Assembly: GCA_036339735.1 (NCBI GenBank)
Contig: JAYZAL010000021.1
Span: forward strand, 1 to 64,000
Reading direction: 5' to 3'
Origin: Candidatus Poribacteria bacterium
GTDB taxonomy: Bacteria > Poribacteria > WGA-4E > UBA9662
DNA: 64,000 nucleotides
Each line of letters begins with the position of its first letter. Within the stretch, counting starts at the first letter, position 1. The notes beneath the pieces were generated by a model, which did no database searches, was not told the origin of the DNA, and saw only the letters and a program-made list of their open reading frames with translations. Made by a program: the position numbers and the translations under genes. Of the stretch, positions 63,801 through 64,000 are shown in pieces.

Positions 63801-64000
63801 GGAAGATATGATCTAATTGTAATGGATTTGCAAATGCCTGTCCTAGACGGATTTCAAACGGCTCAACAGATCAGAAGATTAGAAGAACAAGAAGTCGTAG
63901 ACAAAAGAGTTCCAATTTTGGCACTATCGGCAAGTGTTACGGGAAAAGTTTGGAACAAGTGTAAAGCGGTTGGAATGAACGGATACTTGAGTAAACCTTT
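60843..64000 (+). CDS. LRR-sensor hybrid histidine kinase (about 29 LRRs - coiled coil - HisKA - HATPase_c - REC), truncated by the window end
   Basis: Open frame from ATG 60843 to the window end. LRRs LxxLxLxxNQIxxIPxEIGQLxN to ~62823; H-box AKSQFLSQMSHEIKTPMN (His709); N-box QVLVNLLGNAIKFT; DTGIGI; F-box; GTGLGL; REC VLIVDD...IVMDLQMP (Asp995)...ALSA...YLSKP. Confidence 0.95.
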   Translation, partial: MQTFTDLSEALVKKDKVQVLDLSNQGLNQVPIEIGQLTNLTYLHLGGNQIGELPPEIFRLINLTELRVGENRINKIPYEIGQLTNLTHLHLGGNQIEELPPEIFRLINLTYLHLGRNQIEELPSGISQLVNLTYLHLHTKVVPSEIGQLINLKHLYLDTEVVPSGIGQLINLTYLHLHTKVVPSEIGQCTNLMHLRLGGNQIEEIPPEIGQLTNLTEFKAERHQIKGIPSEIGQLSNLMYLHLGDNQIKEIPPEIGQLTNLTEFRIQGNQIKVIPPEIRQLANLTYLHLGRNQIEEIPPEIGRLAKLNILRLPFNQIKVIPAEIGQLTNLVEFRIGQNQIEELPPEIGQLTSLAIFGAGSNQIEKIPPEIGQIESLHVLRLTSNQIKELPPEIGQLTSLMLISLENNQVQTIPPEFGQLGHLLELNLWNNIVDVIPSKIGCLTKLTSLELGSNRITFIPSNITQLKQLTDLHLSFNQIRELPKDLFQMAKLEVLSVESNSIQSLPDEIKNLKRLRILNLKDNNLTSLPNEIDQLTNLQALNLSQNRLYQLTEKITDLSSLKQLSLDQNNIRFLPLSIENLVDLKRLHLGGNLLKQLPIELGKLTCLTELDLSENRIYELPVEIGDLKSLVSLNLSQNYLDAIPSSILDLRQLENLNLEGNVRDDIVTDFGKLLTYRQQMEHALEQSRISQKEAEIANQAKSQFLSQMSHEIKTPMNGVIGSLNLMSEEKLDTEEQQHLQRAKRSGQHLLSVINEILQFSALEEGSITYQQYPFNLVETCQRVLDMLLPLSQQKNLDLQLNYPSTIVGDWIGDEQKIKQVLVNLLGNAIKFTAEGEVQLKLKHVNYGIRIEVIDTGIGIAQQQIETIFESFRQVSQGTSRRFSGTGLGLTISQQFVEGMGGQIGVNSQLNQGSTFWLEIPCKKSESKSKVSEISIRPNKLGVYTGKKVLIVDDEFINREIVTRYLERLGFSVDQAVEGEDCLKQFKLGRYDLIVMDLQMPVLDGFQTAQQIRRLEEQEVVDKRVPILALSASVTGKVWNKCKAVGMNGYLSKP

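Overview
AT-rich bacterial chromosomal segment. The gene content suggests Candidatus Poribacteria or a similar marine heterotroph (inference only): 5 PhyH-type Fe(II)/2OG dioxygenases, 4 Gfo/Idh/MocA oxidoreductases, 2 sulfatase-family proteins, secreted LamG/lectin-like proteins with a shared C-terminal W-containing tail, and HEAT/TPR/LRR proteins. Most of the window is catabolic and housekeeping genes (BVMO, enolase-superfamily enzyme, queE, M32 carboxypeptidase, DUF2961, CE7, GH5, SGNH, arfB, typA). An accessory, decaying stretch at ~21.7-31.5 kb holds a membrane-anchored HEAT protein, small membrane peptides, zinc-ribbon/TM paralogs (one with an in-frame TGA at a Cys position), a Xis-like HTH and a repeated structured non-coding element. 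The most striking feature is absent from the supplied ORF track because it runs off the window end. It is a >1050-aa ORF (60843 to end) that fuses about 29 leucine-rich repeats directly to a hybrid histidine kinase (HisKA-HATPase-REC), with no signal peptide or TM segment and with DNA-level signs of recent repeat shuffling. I saw no rRNA, tRNA, CRISPR array, integrase or transposase.
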